Shown here in pieces: positions 17,349 through 26,764 of a DNA stretch of 64,000 bases. The position numbers and the translations under genes are program-made. How positions within the stretch are numbered: position 1 is the stretch's first letter; each line of letters begins with the position of its first letter. Where the stretch lies: contig CAVERH010000011.1 in assembly GCA_963618065.1 (NCBI GenBank), positions 1,315-65,314 of the forward strand, written 5' to 3'. The notes under the pieces were generated by a model that searched no databases, was not told the DNA's origin, and saw only the letters and a list, made by a program, of their open reading frames with translations. The stretch is from a bacterium (GTDB lineage Bacteria > Bacillota > Clostridia > Lachnospirales > Lachnospiraceae).

Positions 17349-19201
17349 TGGATATGGAAAACAGAATTGGAATTTGGAGTGAGGATGAAAGCGGATTGCC
17401 GGTATTTGAGTATACAGGAGAGCTTCCTTTCATGGCAGTAGACAGGGATGGAAAGAAAGTGAAATTACCGGAAGATCCGTGGTTTTTGCTCGGAAATTAT
17501 CAGCTCACTTTGTTCACACATGTAAGTGGGGAATATGAATTAATTTCAGGATAGAGATCCTGGAGCAGAATAAATGCAGGAAAAAAGACGAATTCCGGTA
17601 AAAATCATGCAATGATCGTAATAGACGGAAAAGAAATTCCGTTGTGTGGAGCAAATACCATTGCCGGAAACCCGAAGGCATGCAAAAGAAAATTTGGGTG
17701 TGGCTATGCGGTTTATCAATATCATCTTGAGGATGTGGAAGTAAAAAGAACTCTGGCAGTAAAGCCTTCGGAGACAATTGATGGAGGATGTTCTGCATTT
17801 CTTACAACGGTCGAAATTGAGAATCATAGTGACAGAGCCCAAAATATACAGTATGTGGAGAGTATTACGGCACATTTTGTAGAGATTCAGTATCAGCATC
17901 TGGCAGAAGAGAAAAGAAAGATTGCTTATCATTATGAGGAAAATATCGACGAAGCTCAAAATTGTGCAATGGTAAGAATCAGTGGTGTCGCAGAGGATCC
18001 GCTTCTTTGCGGAACACCGTATATGAGATCCTGCTATGATGGCTTTCCGCCAACATTATATGTGAAGGCTCTTTCCAAAGAGGTTAAGGTCCTTATTAAA
18101 AATAGGGAAATTTCGACGGTAAGGGAATGCTGTCTATTGCCGGGGGATAAACTTATCTTTCAGATAATTACAGGTTACTTTTATGAGTACAGTCAGAGTG
18201 GCGTATCTCAGGCAATCGATGAACTGGGGATAAAAAAGGACGAAAACGGCAAATTCTCCAGAGAATGGAAACAGATCCTTCCGACTCTCGAACAGGAAAA
18301 CAATCCGGTGCTCAGGAGGGAAATGCAATGGCATGCGTATGTTCTTGAAGCAATGGCAACATACAGCCATTATTACAGGGAAACCAAAATTCCGCAAGGT
18401 ACCATGGATGATTGCATAGAACGAGGGAAGGCTTTGCTTGATGGTGGAGTAAGGTATCTTGGCGGAACGTGTGAGACTTATGGAAACATTAATGCATCCG
18501 ATTCCCTGTATGCGGTAAAGAAGCTTGTCTTTGAAGATAAAAGGATAACTTTGGAGGAGCTTTGCAAAGCGGTTAAAGCAAATTTTGAAGGTTATGAATC
18601 GATAAGGAAACTGTGTCTTGATTGTGATAAATATGGAAATGATCTTGATACAGCAGATGAAATGGCAAATGATCTGTATGAATATGTTTCTAAAGGAATA
18701 CGAAACCGGGGAATCCGGAAGGGGATGCAATATTTCCTTATCGTAATCAGTAATAATTCCCTGAACACGGAGTGGGGAATAAAAACTGCAGCAAGTCCTG
18801 ATGGCAGATTATCCGGAATGTACATGAACCCGGCAAATAACCCACAGGGCGGCGCAGATAAAAACGGCCCGACAGCGATGCTGAATTCACTTACACGATT
18901 TGATGCAAAATACCATGCCGGATCCGTGCAGAATATTAAGTTTTCAATCGGAATGTTCAACAAAAACCGGGATATCATAGAAACTCTTTTCAAGACTTAT
19001 TTCAAAAAAGGCGGCTGTCATCTGATGGTAACCGTGGTGGATAGTGGAGCACTTGAGGATGCCATGGTTCATCCGGAAAAGTATCCCAATCTGATAGTCA
19101 GAGTGGCAGGGTATTCTGCAGTGTTTGTGAATCTGGATCCTACGGTTCAACAGGAAGTGCTTAGCAGAACCTTGTATGATGAAAGGAATTCCTTGCGATG
19201 A
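17348..19201 (+). pseudogene. Disrupted chimeric ORF: unknown (glycan-enzyme-like) N-terminal part fused in frame to the C-terminal glycyl-radical portion of a glycyl radical enzyme
   Basis: ORFs 17348..17554 and 17612..19201 share one frame and are separated only by a TAG at 17555-17557. From residue M265 of the second ORF (nt 18404) the sequence is typical GRE C-terminus (DDCIERGK, YGND, AASPDGR, GGADKNGPTA, GGCHLMVTVV, HPEKYPNLIVRVAGYSAVF). Nothing upstream resembles a GRE. Confidence 0.6.
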
Positions 19202-20097
19202 ATGAGCTTGATATTTTTGAGATTGAACGGTTTGCCATCCATGATGGTCCCGGAATACGTACGACTGTTTTTTTTCAAGTCTGTGCTTTGAGATGTCAGT
19301 GGTGCGCTAATCCGGAGTCTCATACGGTAGGCAGTCATATCATGTTCTTTCAAAGGCAGTGTGTAGGATGTGGGAGATGTGCACAAGCGTGTCCCAATAC
19401 AGCAGTGGACATGCTCAAAGGAAGATCCAGTATCAACAGAAAAAAATGCATTGCCTGTGGAAAATGTGTAGAAGCATGCCCAAACGGAGCTTTGAAAATA
19501 TCAGGACAAAAAATTACAAATGAGGAACTCTTTGAGATTATTTTAAGGGATAAGGATTATTATGAAACAAGTGGTGGAGGAGTTACAATATCCGGAGGAG
19601 AAGCTTTGCTTCAGATTGAAAAAATGAAAGTTTTTCTTCAAAAGTGCCATAGTGAGAATATAAATACAGCAGTAGAAACCTGTGGCTATGTGCCTGTTTC
19701 TAATGTAAAAACCGCCTTGGAATATATTGATCTGTTTCTGTATGATGTGAAGACACTTGATAGAAACCAATTTGAGAAATATACCGGTGGAAATCTGGAA
19801 ACGGTGCTTGCTTCTTTTGAATACCTGTGCAGGAATGCAGTGGAAAAAGTGATTGTCCGTGTTCCGGTTATTCCGGGCTTTAATGATCATGAGGTTAGTG
19901 CAATCATGGAATATGCAGCATTACATGGAATCAAAGAGATCCATTTGCTGCCTTATCATACCCTCGGCATAGCAAAATATGAGCAGCTTGGCCTGCAATA
20001 TTCCTATCCCGTCACACAGGGATTAGATCCTGAAACACTTCTAAAATATATAGAAGCTGGAAAAAATATGAATATGAAGGTAAAAATCGGTGGATGA
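19198..20097 (+). CDS. Glycyl-radical enzyme activating protein (radical SAM, with two ferredoxin-type clusters)
   Basis: The radical SAM motif is CALRCQWCANPES (CX3CX2C). Two extra clusters are CVGCGRCAQACP and CIACGKCVEACP. The start overlaps the upstream stop as ATGA. Confidence 0.9.
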   Translation: MNELDIFEIERFAIHDGPGIRTTVFFQVCALRCQWCANPESHTVGSHIMFFQRQCVGCGRCAQACPNTAVDMLKGRSSINRKKCIACGKCVEACPNGALKISGQKITNEELFEIILRDKDYYETSGGGVTISGGEALLQIEKMKVFLQKCHSENINTAVETCGYVPVSNVKTALEYIDLFLYDVKTLDRNQFEKYTGGNLETVLASFEYLCRNAVEKVIVRVPVIPGFNDHEVSAIMEYAALHGIKEIHLLPYHTLGIAKYEQLGLQYSYPVTQGLDPETLLKYIEAGKNMNMKVKIGG

Positions 20098-20103
20098 ATA
20101 AGT

Positions 20104-20148
20104 AAGAAACCCGTCAGAGAAGAATTTTAAATTCCTGACGGGTTTCTT
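20104..20148. terminator. Bidirectional terminator between the activase and GH13 genes
   Basis: 14-bp stem AAGAAACCCGTCAG / CTGACGGGTTTCTT. Confidence 0.7.
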
Positions 20149-20177
20149 AATACTACAGTAAGCGATTCGTAGAATAT

Positions 20178-21725
20178 TTACATTGATACAAACACGGCGG
20201 TTCCACCATCAATTGCAATGCCGTTTTCTGTCACAGAAGCATTGCCACCAACGGTATAAAGGATCTCGCCCTTTACATCCGGAACAACCACGTTACGGTC
20301 TGCAGGATGAATGATCACCAGAATTTTTTCTCCGTCACAGGTACGTTCGTAAACGAGCGGATCCTCGTCGGAGCGGAAATGGATCGCAGCCATACTCTGC
20401 AGGGCAGGGTGAGCCATACGGAAAGCGATCAGACGCTTTACCTCACTGTAAAGGGAGGTATCATCTGCCATTTCCTTTTCGGCATTCGGGCGATTCCGGT
20501 CGGGATCTACAGGAACATACAGCTTTTCAGAAGGAGCGGAAGAGAAGCCTGCATTTGCAGAAGTGTTCCACTGCATCGGGGAACGGGAACCGGTACGGTT
20601 ATAGCCGCCCTCTACGGAAGTTAAGTTCTCGACATAGCGCATGCCGATTTCATCACCGTAATAAATGAACGGCGCACCGGGCATGGAAAGCAGGAACGCA
20701 AAAGCAATCTTCATCTCTTCGGGATCGAGGGTACGGGCCAGACGATCCATGTCGTGATTGCCGGATGGAATGCAGATCAGACCTTTGCCGTTGGTTTTTT
20801 CGTAGTTTTCACAGTATTTTGCAACGAATTCCTTCGCGCTTCCTTTTCCACGGCGGGAGAAGTAAGGCTCTTCACAGCGGAACAGATCGTTGTAATGGGA
20901 AGGGCCGAAGTGAAGCAGGAAGTCCATATGGAAGCCACCGATGAGGCTCTTATCCGGTTCACCCCATTCGCTGACCATGGCAGCGGTCGGGAATTCCTCA
21001 TCTAAGAATTCGCGGATGTCCTGCCAGAGTGCGATTGTGCCTTTTCCGTCTACATCATTTTTAACAAGGGAGCCTGCCATATCCACACGGAAGCCGTCAC
21101 ACCCTAAGGAAAGCCAGAAGCGCATAATATTCTTTAATTCTTCACGGGTAGACAGAGGACCCTCGGCATCCATGGGCTGCTGCCACTTTTTCTCCGGATC
21201 CGGCTGATAGAAGCCGTAGTTTAAAGCGGGCTGGTGGGAGAAGAAGTTTACTACACAGGAACCGTCACGATCGGAGATGCCGCGGATGGTTGCCATATTT
21301 TCCGGGGATTCCCATGCACTGTCCGTCCAGACATAGCGGTCGGTGTATTCGTTTCTTTCTGCCTTCATGGATTCCTTGAACCACTTGCAGGTAACGGCGG
21401 TGTGTCCGGGAACGAGGTCAAGAAGGACATGCATGTCTCTTTTGTGTGCTTCTTCGAATAAATGAACGAGATCTTCATTGGTTCCGTAACGGGGAGCCAC
21501 GGTGTAATAGTCCTCCACATCATATCCGGCATCGCCGAAGGGGGACTGGAAGCAGGGATTCAGCCAAAGGGCGGTACAGCCCAGATCTTTAATATAGTCA
21601 AGCTTTTCGATAATTCCGTTAAAATCACCGATACCATCTGCGTTGGTATCGCGGAAGGACTGGGGATAGATTTCATAGAATACGGCGTTGTCAAGCCATT
21701 CGGGTTGTTTTCTTTCTGTACTCAT
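20178..21725 (-). CDS. GH13 alpha-glucosidase / oligo-1,6-glucosidase-like enzyme
   Basis: YEIYPQSFRDTNADGIGDFNGI..LDYIKDLG..LWLNP, GFRVDMA, EW and NHD blocks of the alpha-amylase family. RBS AAGGAGG. Confidence 0.9.
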   Translation of the reverse strand: MSTERKQPEWLDNAVFYEIYPQSFRDTNADGIGDFNGIIEKLDYIKDLGCTALWLNPCFQSPFGDAGYDVEDYYTVAPRYGTNEDLVHLFEEAHKRDMHVLLDLVPGHTAVTCKWFKESMKAERNEYTDRYVWTDSAWESPENMATIRGISDRDGSCVVNFFSHQPALNYGFYQPDPEKKWQQPMDAEGPLSTREELKNIMRFWLSLGCDGFRVDMAGSLVKNDVDGKGTIALWQDIREFLDEEFPTAAMVSEWGEPDKSLIGGFHMDFLLHFGPSHYNDLFRCEEPYFSRRGKGSAKEFVAKYCENYEKTNGKGLICIPSGNHDMDRLARTLDPEEMKIAFAFLLSMPGAPFIYYGDEIGMRYVENLTSVEGGYNRTGSRSPMQWNTSANAGFSSAPSEKLYVPVDPDRNRPNAEKEMADDTSLYSEVKRLIAFRMAHPALQSMAAIHFRSDEDPLVYERTCDGEKILVIIHPADRNVVVPDVKGEILYTVGGNASVTENGIAIDGGTAVFVSM

Positions 21726-21934
21726 AGGTAACCTCCTTTATTTCCTTAGAATTGATTTTCTCTGCTTATAGCGATACAATACTATAATAAACAGGATAAT
21801 TCTACTAAAATTTTAAATCAGACCAAATAGTATGATTTTTTGCATTCCGTGTATGACAATTGGTATGATTTTTTTGTATCGGACAGGTAAACTGAAAGAA
21901 ATGGAATCATGGGTTTATATATGGGGAAGCGACG

Positions 21935-23521
21935 ATGAAATTATTGGATCTTGTAATTGTAGATGATGAACCGATCTTATTAAAGGGTCTGTTAAAGACC
22001 TACGACTGGGATCAGATGGGATTCCAGGTGGTTGGTACGGCATTAAGCGGCGAGCAGGCGATAGACGTGATTCGTGAGAAAAAGCCCGACGTGGTGCTGA
22101 CCGATATCCGGATGAAACAGATGACCGGATTACAGATGATGGATACGATACGGCAGACAGATAAGGAGTGCCTGTTTGTCGTATTAAGTGCGTACCGGGA
22201 TTTTGAGTATGCGAAGGAGGCATGCGATCTCGGTGCGTTTGCTTATCTATTAAAGCCGATTGAGGATGAAAAGCTGCAGGAAACCATGCAGAATGCATAC
22301 CGCACCTGCATGGAGAAGCGGACAAAGGAAGAACGCATGGAAAACTGGGAAAATCTGGTGAAGAAGGATGCGACGAGCTTCCTGCAGGTCATTGTACAGA
22401 AGTATCTGCTCAAGCAGATTTCCTTTGATAAGCTGACCGAGGTGTTTGAGACCGTGGATCAGCCGCTTCAAAAGGAAGACCGCTTTATCACAGTGAACGC
22501 AGACATTGATCTGGCCTATAAGATTACGAATACCCTGGAATATGAGGCAGCACGGTTTGCCCTGAATTCCTTTCTGGAAGAAAAGCTGCGTGAAAGGTTT
22601 GCTTTTTTTAGTCTGCAGGGACAGGGAGAGACTCATGCTTACCTGATCCGCACGAAGGAAAATGTAACGGTGCTTGCCCTGAAGCATCTATTGGAGGAAG
22701 CAAAGGAGGAATTGAAAAGTCCCATCATTGCGTCCATATCCAAGCCGTATAAGGGACTTCCGGGAATCCGGAAAAGCTATGATGAGGCCTGTGAGCTGTT
22801 TGCCATGGCAGGTGAAGCCGCTTCCGGTTCGTTTACCATTTATATGGAAAGTGCTTCACGGTATACCAAAGACCCTTCAGCACCCGAGGAGCAGCAGATC
22901 ACAAATGCACTTCGTAAGAACGATGAAAAGGCCTTGAAGGAAGCCTTTGTACATTTCTTATACACATTGCCTGCGCAGGAAGAGATGCAGCGCCAGAGGC
23001 TCCATACGGTCATGCTTGATACCGAGGTTTTCTTAGAGGAGAGCTATGGCATGTCGGAGGATCTGAAAAAGCAGTTTCAGAATTACTATTCCAATATGCA
23101 GAATTTAAGCGCCTCAAAGGAAGTGGATGTGAGCTATAAGATTCTGCGCCGGGCTGTCGAGGAGCGAAAGAGCTATGCGGAAAGCCATGAGGTAAAGGGC
23201 AGCCGGGAATATATGGCAGAAGCTATGGCTTATATTGATGAGCATTTACAGGAAGAGGATCTTTCGATTGTGGCGGTTGCCATGCATGTCTACTTAAATC
23301 CGGTCTACTTTGGAAGAGTATTTAAGGAAAGCCAGCAGATGTCCTTCAAAAAATACCTGCTGCAATGCCGGATGGAAAAGGCCAAGAAGCTTTTACAGAA
23401 TGGAAATGAAAGCATCGGAGGAATCTGTGAACAGATCGGAATCAGTAATCCTTCTTACTTTTCCCATCTGTTCAAGGAATACACCGGAAAGCTCCCCACC
23501 GAATATAAGAAGGAATGGTAG
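21935..23521 (+). CDS. Response regulator with AraC-type output domain (YesN-like)
   Basis: The receiver domain shows VIVDDEP...DVVLTDIRM. The C-terminal AraC HTH shows NPSYFSHLFKEYTGKLPTEY. Confidence 0.9.
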   Translation: MKLLDLVIVDDEPILLKGLLKTYDWDQMGFQVVGTALSGEQAIDVIREKKPDVVLTDIRMKQMTGLQMMDTIRQTDKECLFVVLSAYRDFEYAKEACDLGAFAYLLKPIEDEKLQETMQNAYRTCMEKRTKEERMENWENLVKKDATSFLQVIVQKYLLKQISFDKLTEVFETVDQPLQKEDRFITVNADIDLAYKITNTLEYEAARFALNSFLEEKLRERFAFFSLQGQGETHAYLIRTKENVTVLALKHLLEEAKEELKSPIIASISKPYKGLPGIRKSYDEACELFAMAGEAASGSFTIYMESASRYTKDPSAPEEQQITNALRKNDEKALKEAFVHFLYTLPAQEEMQRQRLHTVMLDTEVFLEESYGMSEDLKKQFQNYYSNMQNLSASKEVDVSYKILRRAVEERKSYAESHEVKGSREYMAEAMAYIDEHLQEEDLSIVAVAMHVYLNPVYFGRVFKESQQMSFKKYLLQCRMEKAKKLLQNGNESIGGICEQIGISNPSYFSHLFKEYTGKLPTEYKKEW

Positions 23522-23551
23522 TCTTTTAGAAGGGTTACAAGAATTCAGCAT

Positions 23552-25339
23552 ATGAAAATAAAGAAAACAACCTCCGGAATTCAAAGAAAATATCTGAAAT
23601 ATACGATCGGACTTCTTCTGCTTGCCCTGTTTTTGTCAAGCGTGGGAGTCTGGTTTTATATGCGCAATACCATGACGGGAATCGTCACGGATAAATACAC
23701 CTTTATGAATGAAAAGACCGGGATTTCACTCGATACACTGTATCAGAAAACCGAGAAGGTGACAGAAGAATGCATCCTGAACGATCAGGTACAGCAGAGT
23801 CTTAAGGCAAAGCCCATGGAAGAGGTGGCGCGTAACTCCTTAAGTAAATACTTTGCCTATATTGATCTTGACCATGTTTCGGAATACTGCTACGTGGATA
23901 ATAAGAAGAATCTGTATACCCGTTCCTACTCAAAGATTCCCTATCAGTATTTTGAGGACAGCCTGCTGGTAGAACGGCTTGGGGATTCCTATGCCGATAC
24001 CAGATGGTTTGTGACGGAGGATTATCTGTTTGGAACCGGCGAAGAGGCGCTGTTTATCGGACGTAAGGTGCACAGCCTGAATTATGCGCATGAGCCGGGG
24101 TATCTGTTTTTAAAAATGGATTCGGAGTTTTTGCGCAGTCTCCTCACGGAGGAAGAGGATCTGACTGAGGAGGCGGCGATCGGTATTATGGATCCACAGG
24201 GAAGGATCTGTGCGTACTGGTATCCGGAAGGCTTCACTTTATCTGCAGAACAGGAGACTGTTCTGGCAGACTATGCAAAGCAGGAGGGGGCGGGCTCTAT
24301 TGTAGAAAATGAGAAAATAAGCGGCGGCGTGTTATCCGTTTATAAGCAGGAAAAGTGTGGCTTTTCGGTTTTTACCCTTGTGCCGGAGAAGGTATTAAGT
24401 GCCGGATTTGTAAAGGTATTCTGGGTATTGTTTGCAATTTATCTACTGGTAATTGCTATCGCGGTGGTATTAAGTATTTATTTCTCCAACAAATTCACGA
24501 AGCCCATTAAGGAGCTGAATCGAGCCATGACGGAATTTAACGGAGAGGATTTCAGCAGACAGATCCATCTGAATACCAATACCGAGCTTGACCAGATCGG
24601 AAATGCCTATAATAAGATGCTTTCCAATATCAAAGAACTGTTAGAGGAGATCAAAACCCAGCAGAAGGAGCTTCGTACCAGTGAATTAAATATGCTGATC
24701 AGCCAGATCAATCCGCATTTTCTGTATAATACGCTGGACACGATTTACATGCTGGCGAGAATTAATAAAGAAGAAACCACGATGAATATGATCCAGGCTC
24801 TGTCCAAGTATCTGCGGCTTTCCTTAAGCAAGGGAAGCGAGATCGTTACAGTGGGGGATGAGCTGGAAAATGTGAAGAGCTATCTGCAGATCCAGCAGAT
24901 CCGGAATGAAAATCTGTTTACCTATACGGTAGACTGTGAAGTGAATCCGGAAGAGACATGGGTGTTAAAGCTGATTTTACAGCCTCTTGTGGAAAATTCG
25001 ATTAAGTATGGCTTCTGTGAAATTTATGAGGGCGGTCAGATTCGGATTCATATCTATAAGCAGGATGGAAAGCTGATTCTTACCGTTTATAACAGTGGGA
25101 CACCCATTGCAGGAGATATGGCAGAAAAGATTAATGCTTTGAACGGCAGGCCCTTATCGGAAGCCAGAAAGCTGTTTCCGAAGAATGCGAAAAACGGCTA
25201 CGGGGTGAGCAATGTACTGACGAGACTCCGGCTGAAATATGGAGAAGGGGTACGTTTTACTTACCGGGCAGAAGCGGATGGAACAACCTGTACGATCGAG
25301 ATTCCGGGGGAAGGAGAACAGCATGAAGAGAATTTATAG
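23552..25339 (+). CDS. Sensor histidine kinase (YesM/LytS-type: 2 TM, HAMP, His_kinase, HATPase)
   Basis: The N-terminal TM segment, second TM segment, HAMP region, the H-box QINPHFLYNTL, and the ATPase G-box GYGVSNV are all visible. Confidence 0.9.
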   Translation: MKIKKTTSGIQRKYLKYTIGLLLLALFLSSVGVWFYMRNTMTGIVTDKYTFMNEKTGISLDTLYQKTEKVTEECILNDQVQQSLKAKPMEEVARNSLSKYFAYIDLDHVSEYCYVDNKKNLYTRSYSKIPYQYFEDSLLVERLGDSYADTRWFVTEDYLFGTGEEALFIGRKVHSLNYAHEPGYLFLKMDSEFLRSLLTEEEDLTEEAAIGIMDPQGRICAYWYPEGFTLSAEQETVLADYAKQEGAGSIVENEKISGGVLSVYKQEKCGFSVFTLVPEKVLSAGFVKVFWVLFAIYLLVIAIAVVLSIYFSNKFTKPIKELNRAMTEFNGEDFSRQIHLNTNTELDQIGNAYNKMLSNIKELLEEIKTQQKELRTSELNMLISQINPHFLYNTLDTIYMLARINKEETTMNMIQALSKYLRLSLSKGSEIVTVGDELENVKSYLQIQQIRNENLFTYTVDCEVNPEETWVLKLILQPLVENSIKYGFCEIYEGGQIRIHIYKQDGKLILTVYNSGTPIAGDMAEKINALNGRPLSEARKLFPKNAKNGYGVSNVLTRLRLKYGEGVRFTYRAEADGTTCTIEIPGEGEQHEENL

Positions 25340-26624
25340 AAAATTCAGGAAAGGTATGGCGTTCTTTCTTCTGATGCTTCTATGCGGCATGGTAGTTTCG
25401 GGCTGTGCCGGGACGGAGAGTGAAAGCACCGTTGAGGAAGAAAACAATGTGATTTCCATTCCGATTATTTTTACAGTAGATCCGACGACGGGCAGGAAAA
25501 ACAATCAGGAGCTTGCCGATGCATTTAATGAAGCCTATGCGGGGCAGTATTATCTCGATGTGGAATGGGTACTTGAAACGGAAGAGGAATACCGGCAGAA
25601 TCTCAGAAGAATGAATGCAACGGACAGTCTGCCTGCGATTATTTATGATGTATGTACGGTTCCGTCCTTCTACATCATGATGGTGGAAGAGGGGAGGATT
25701 GAAGATCTGACGCCTTATCTGGAGGAGGATCCATCCTGGAAGAATATGATTGAGCCATTTGTACTGCAGGGAAGTACCTATACGGATGGTAAGGTATATT
25801 TGGGACCAATCAGCACATCGGCATTTACCTGCTCCGGAATGTTCTGGAATGAGGAGTTGTTTACCCAGGCAGGAATTGACCACTTCCCGGAAACCTGGGA
25901 AGAATTCTGGGAATGCTGCGATACCTTAAAGGAGCATGGAATCACGCCGCTTGCCCTGCATACGGAGGGAACCGGTTGGGCGCCTATGCTGATTGCAACC
26001 GCAGCGGTGGCAGAAAGCGAAGAGGGTGCAGACTTTATGCGGCAGATGCTGCCGAAAAGCTATGAGAATGAAAGCGGTCTGTATCTTGCTCGGGTGTTGG
26101 AAAGGCTGTTTTCCTATACAACAGAGGATGCGCTTCATGCGGATTATGATGTGGCGTATACGAATTTCTTTTCCGGAAAGGCAGCCATGATTCCGAACGG
26201 GTATTGGATGATCGATCAGATTCCTGAAAACTGGGGAGATGAGGTGCGGTTTTCTTCCTTCCCGGAGAAGACACTGGTGGCATCCCCCGAAACCTTTGGC
26301 TGGGCAGTGATTTCCGGCTATTCCGATGAAGTAAAGGAAGCAGCGGTGGAATTTTTGAAGTTCCGTACGGCATATAATGAACAGGAGAAGGAAACGTTGT
26401 TTGGGCAGGAGCTTTCCGGAAAGCCCCGGGTATTAAAGGATTATCTGAAGGCTTTTTCGGGAGCACAGCAGATTGTCCCCAACTATCAGGTAAAGTGGAA
26501 TTCCATTTTACAGGAAGAGACACTGGGAGTGGCCCTGCCGCTTCTTGCCGAGCAGAAGATCACACCACAGGATTTTGTAAGGATGGCTGATGAAAGTGTA
26601 CAGGAGTTTGAGGACGAGCAGTAA
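25323..26624 (+). CDS. Extracellular solute-binding lipoprotein coupled to the two-component system
   Basis: The lipobox is LLCGMVVSGCAG. The fold resembles a family-1 sugar-binding protein. The ATG at 25323 overlaps the kinase 3' end by 17 nt. Confidence 0.8.
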   Translation: MKRIYRKFRKGMAFFLLMLLCGMVVSGCAGTESESTVEEENNVISIPIIFTVDPTTGRKNNQELADAFNEAYAGQYYLDVEWVLETEEEYRQNLRRMNATDSLPAIIYDVCTVPSFYIMMVEEGRIEDLTPYLEEDPSWKNMIEPFVLQGSTYTDGKVYLGPISTSAFTCSGMFWNEELFTQAGIDHFPETWEEFWECCDTLKEHGITPLALHTEGTGWAPMLIATAAVAESEEGADFMRQMLPKSYENESGLYLARVLERLFSYTTEDALHADYDVAYTNFFSGKAAMIPNGYWMIDQIPENWGDEVRFSSFPEKTLVASPETFGWAVISGYSDEVKEAAVEFLKFRTAYNEQEKETLFGQELSGKPRVLKDYLKAFSGAQQIVPNYQVKWNSILQEETLGVALPLLAEQKITPQDFVRMADESVQEFEDEQ

Positions 26625-26764
26625 AAGCCTCAGGTTTATTTTTTTGCATTTGAGGTTGAATAATTGATAATGAATTTTCACATTTTTTGATAAGATGAGT
26701 ACAGCAAAACAAAGAAACGCACTTTTATGAAGGTGCGTAGTATAAAAGAAATGGGAGGATTTCT

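Noticed and set aside
17555-17557. TAG decoded as pyrrolysine or programmed readthrough
   Set aside because: The window has no pyl genes or methylamine methyltransferase context, and a simple nonsense mutation in an already truncated gene is more parsimonious. This cannot be fully excluded without the whole genome.
18398-18407. GGTACCATGG (KpnI plus NcoI sites) exactly at the chimera junction, resembling a cloning scar
   Set aside because: The ten bases simply encode Gly-Thr-Met-Asp in frame, and no vector-like sequence flanks them. I treat it as coincidence, but it is a further reason to check read support at the junction.
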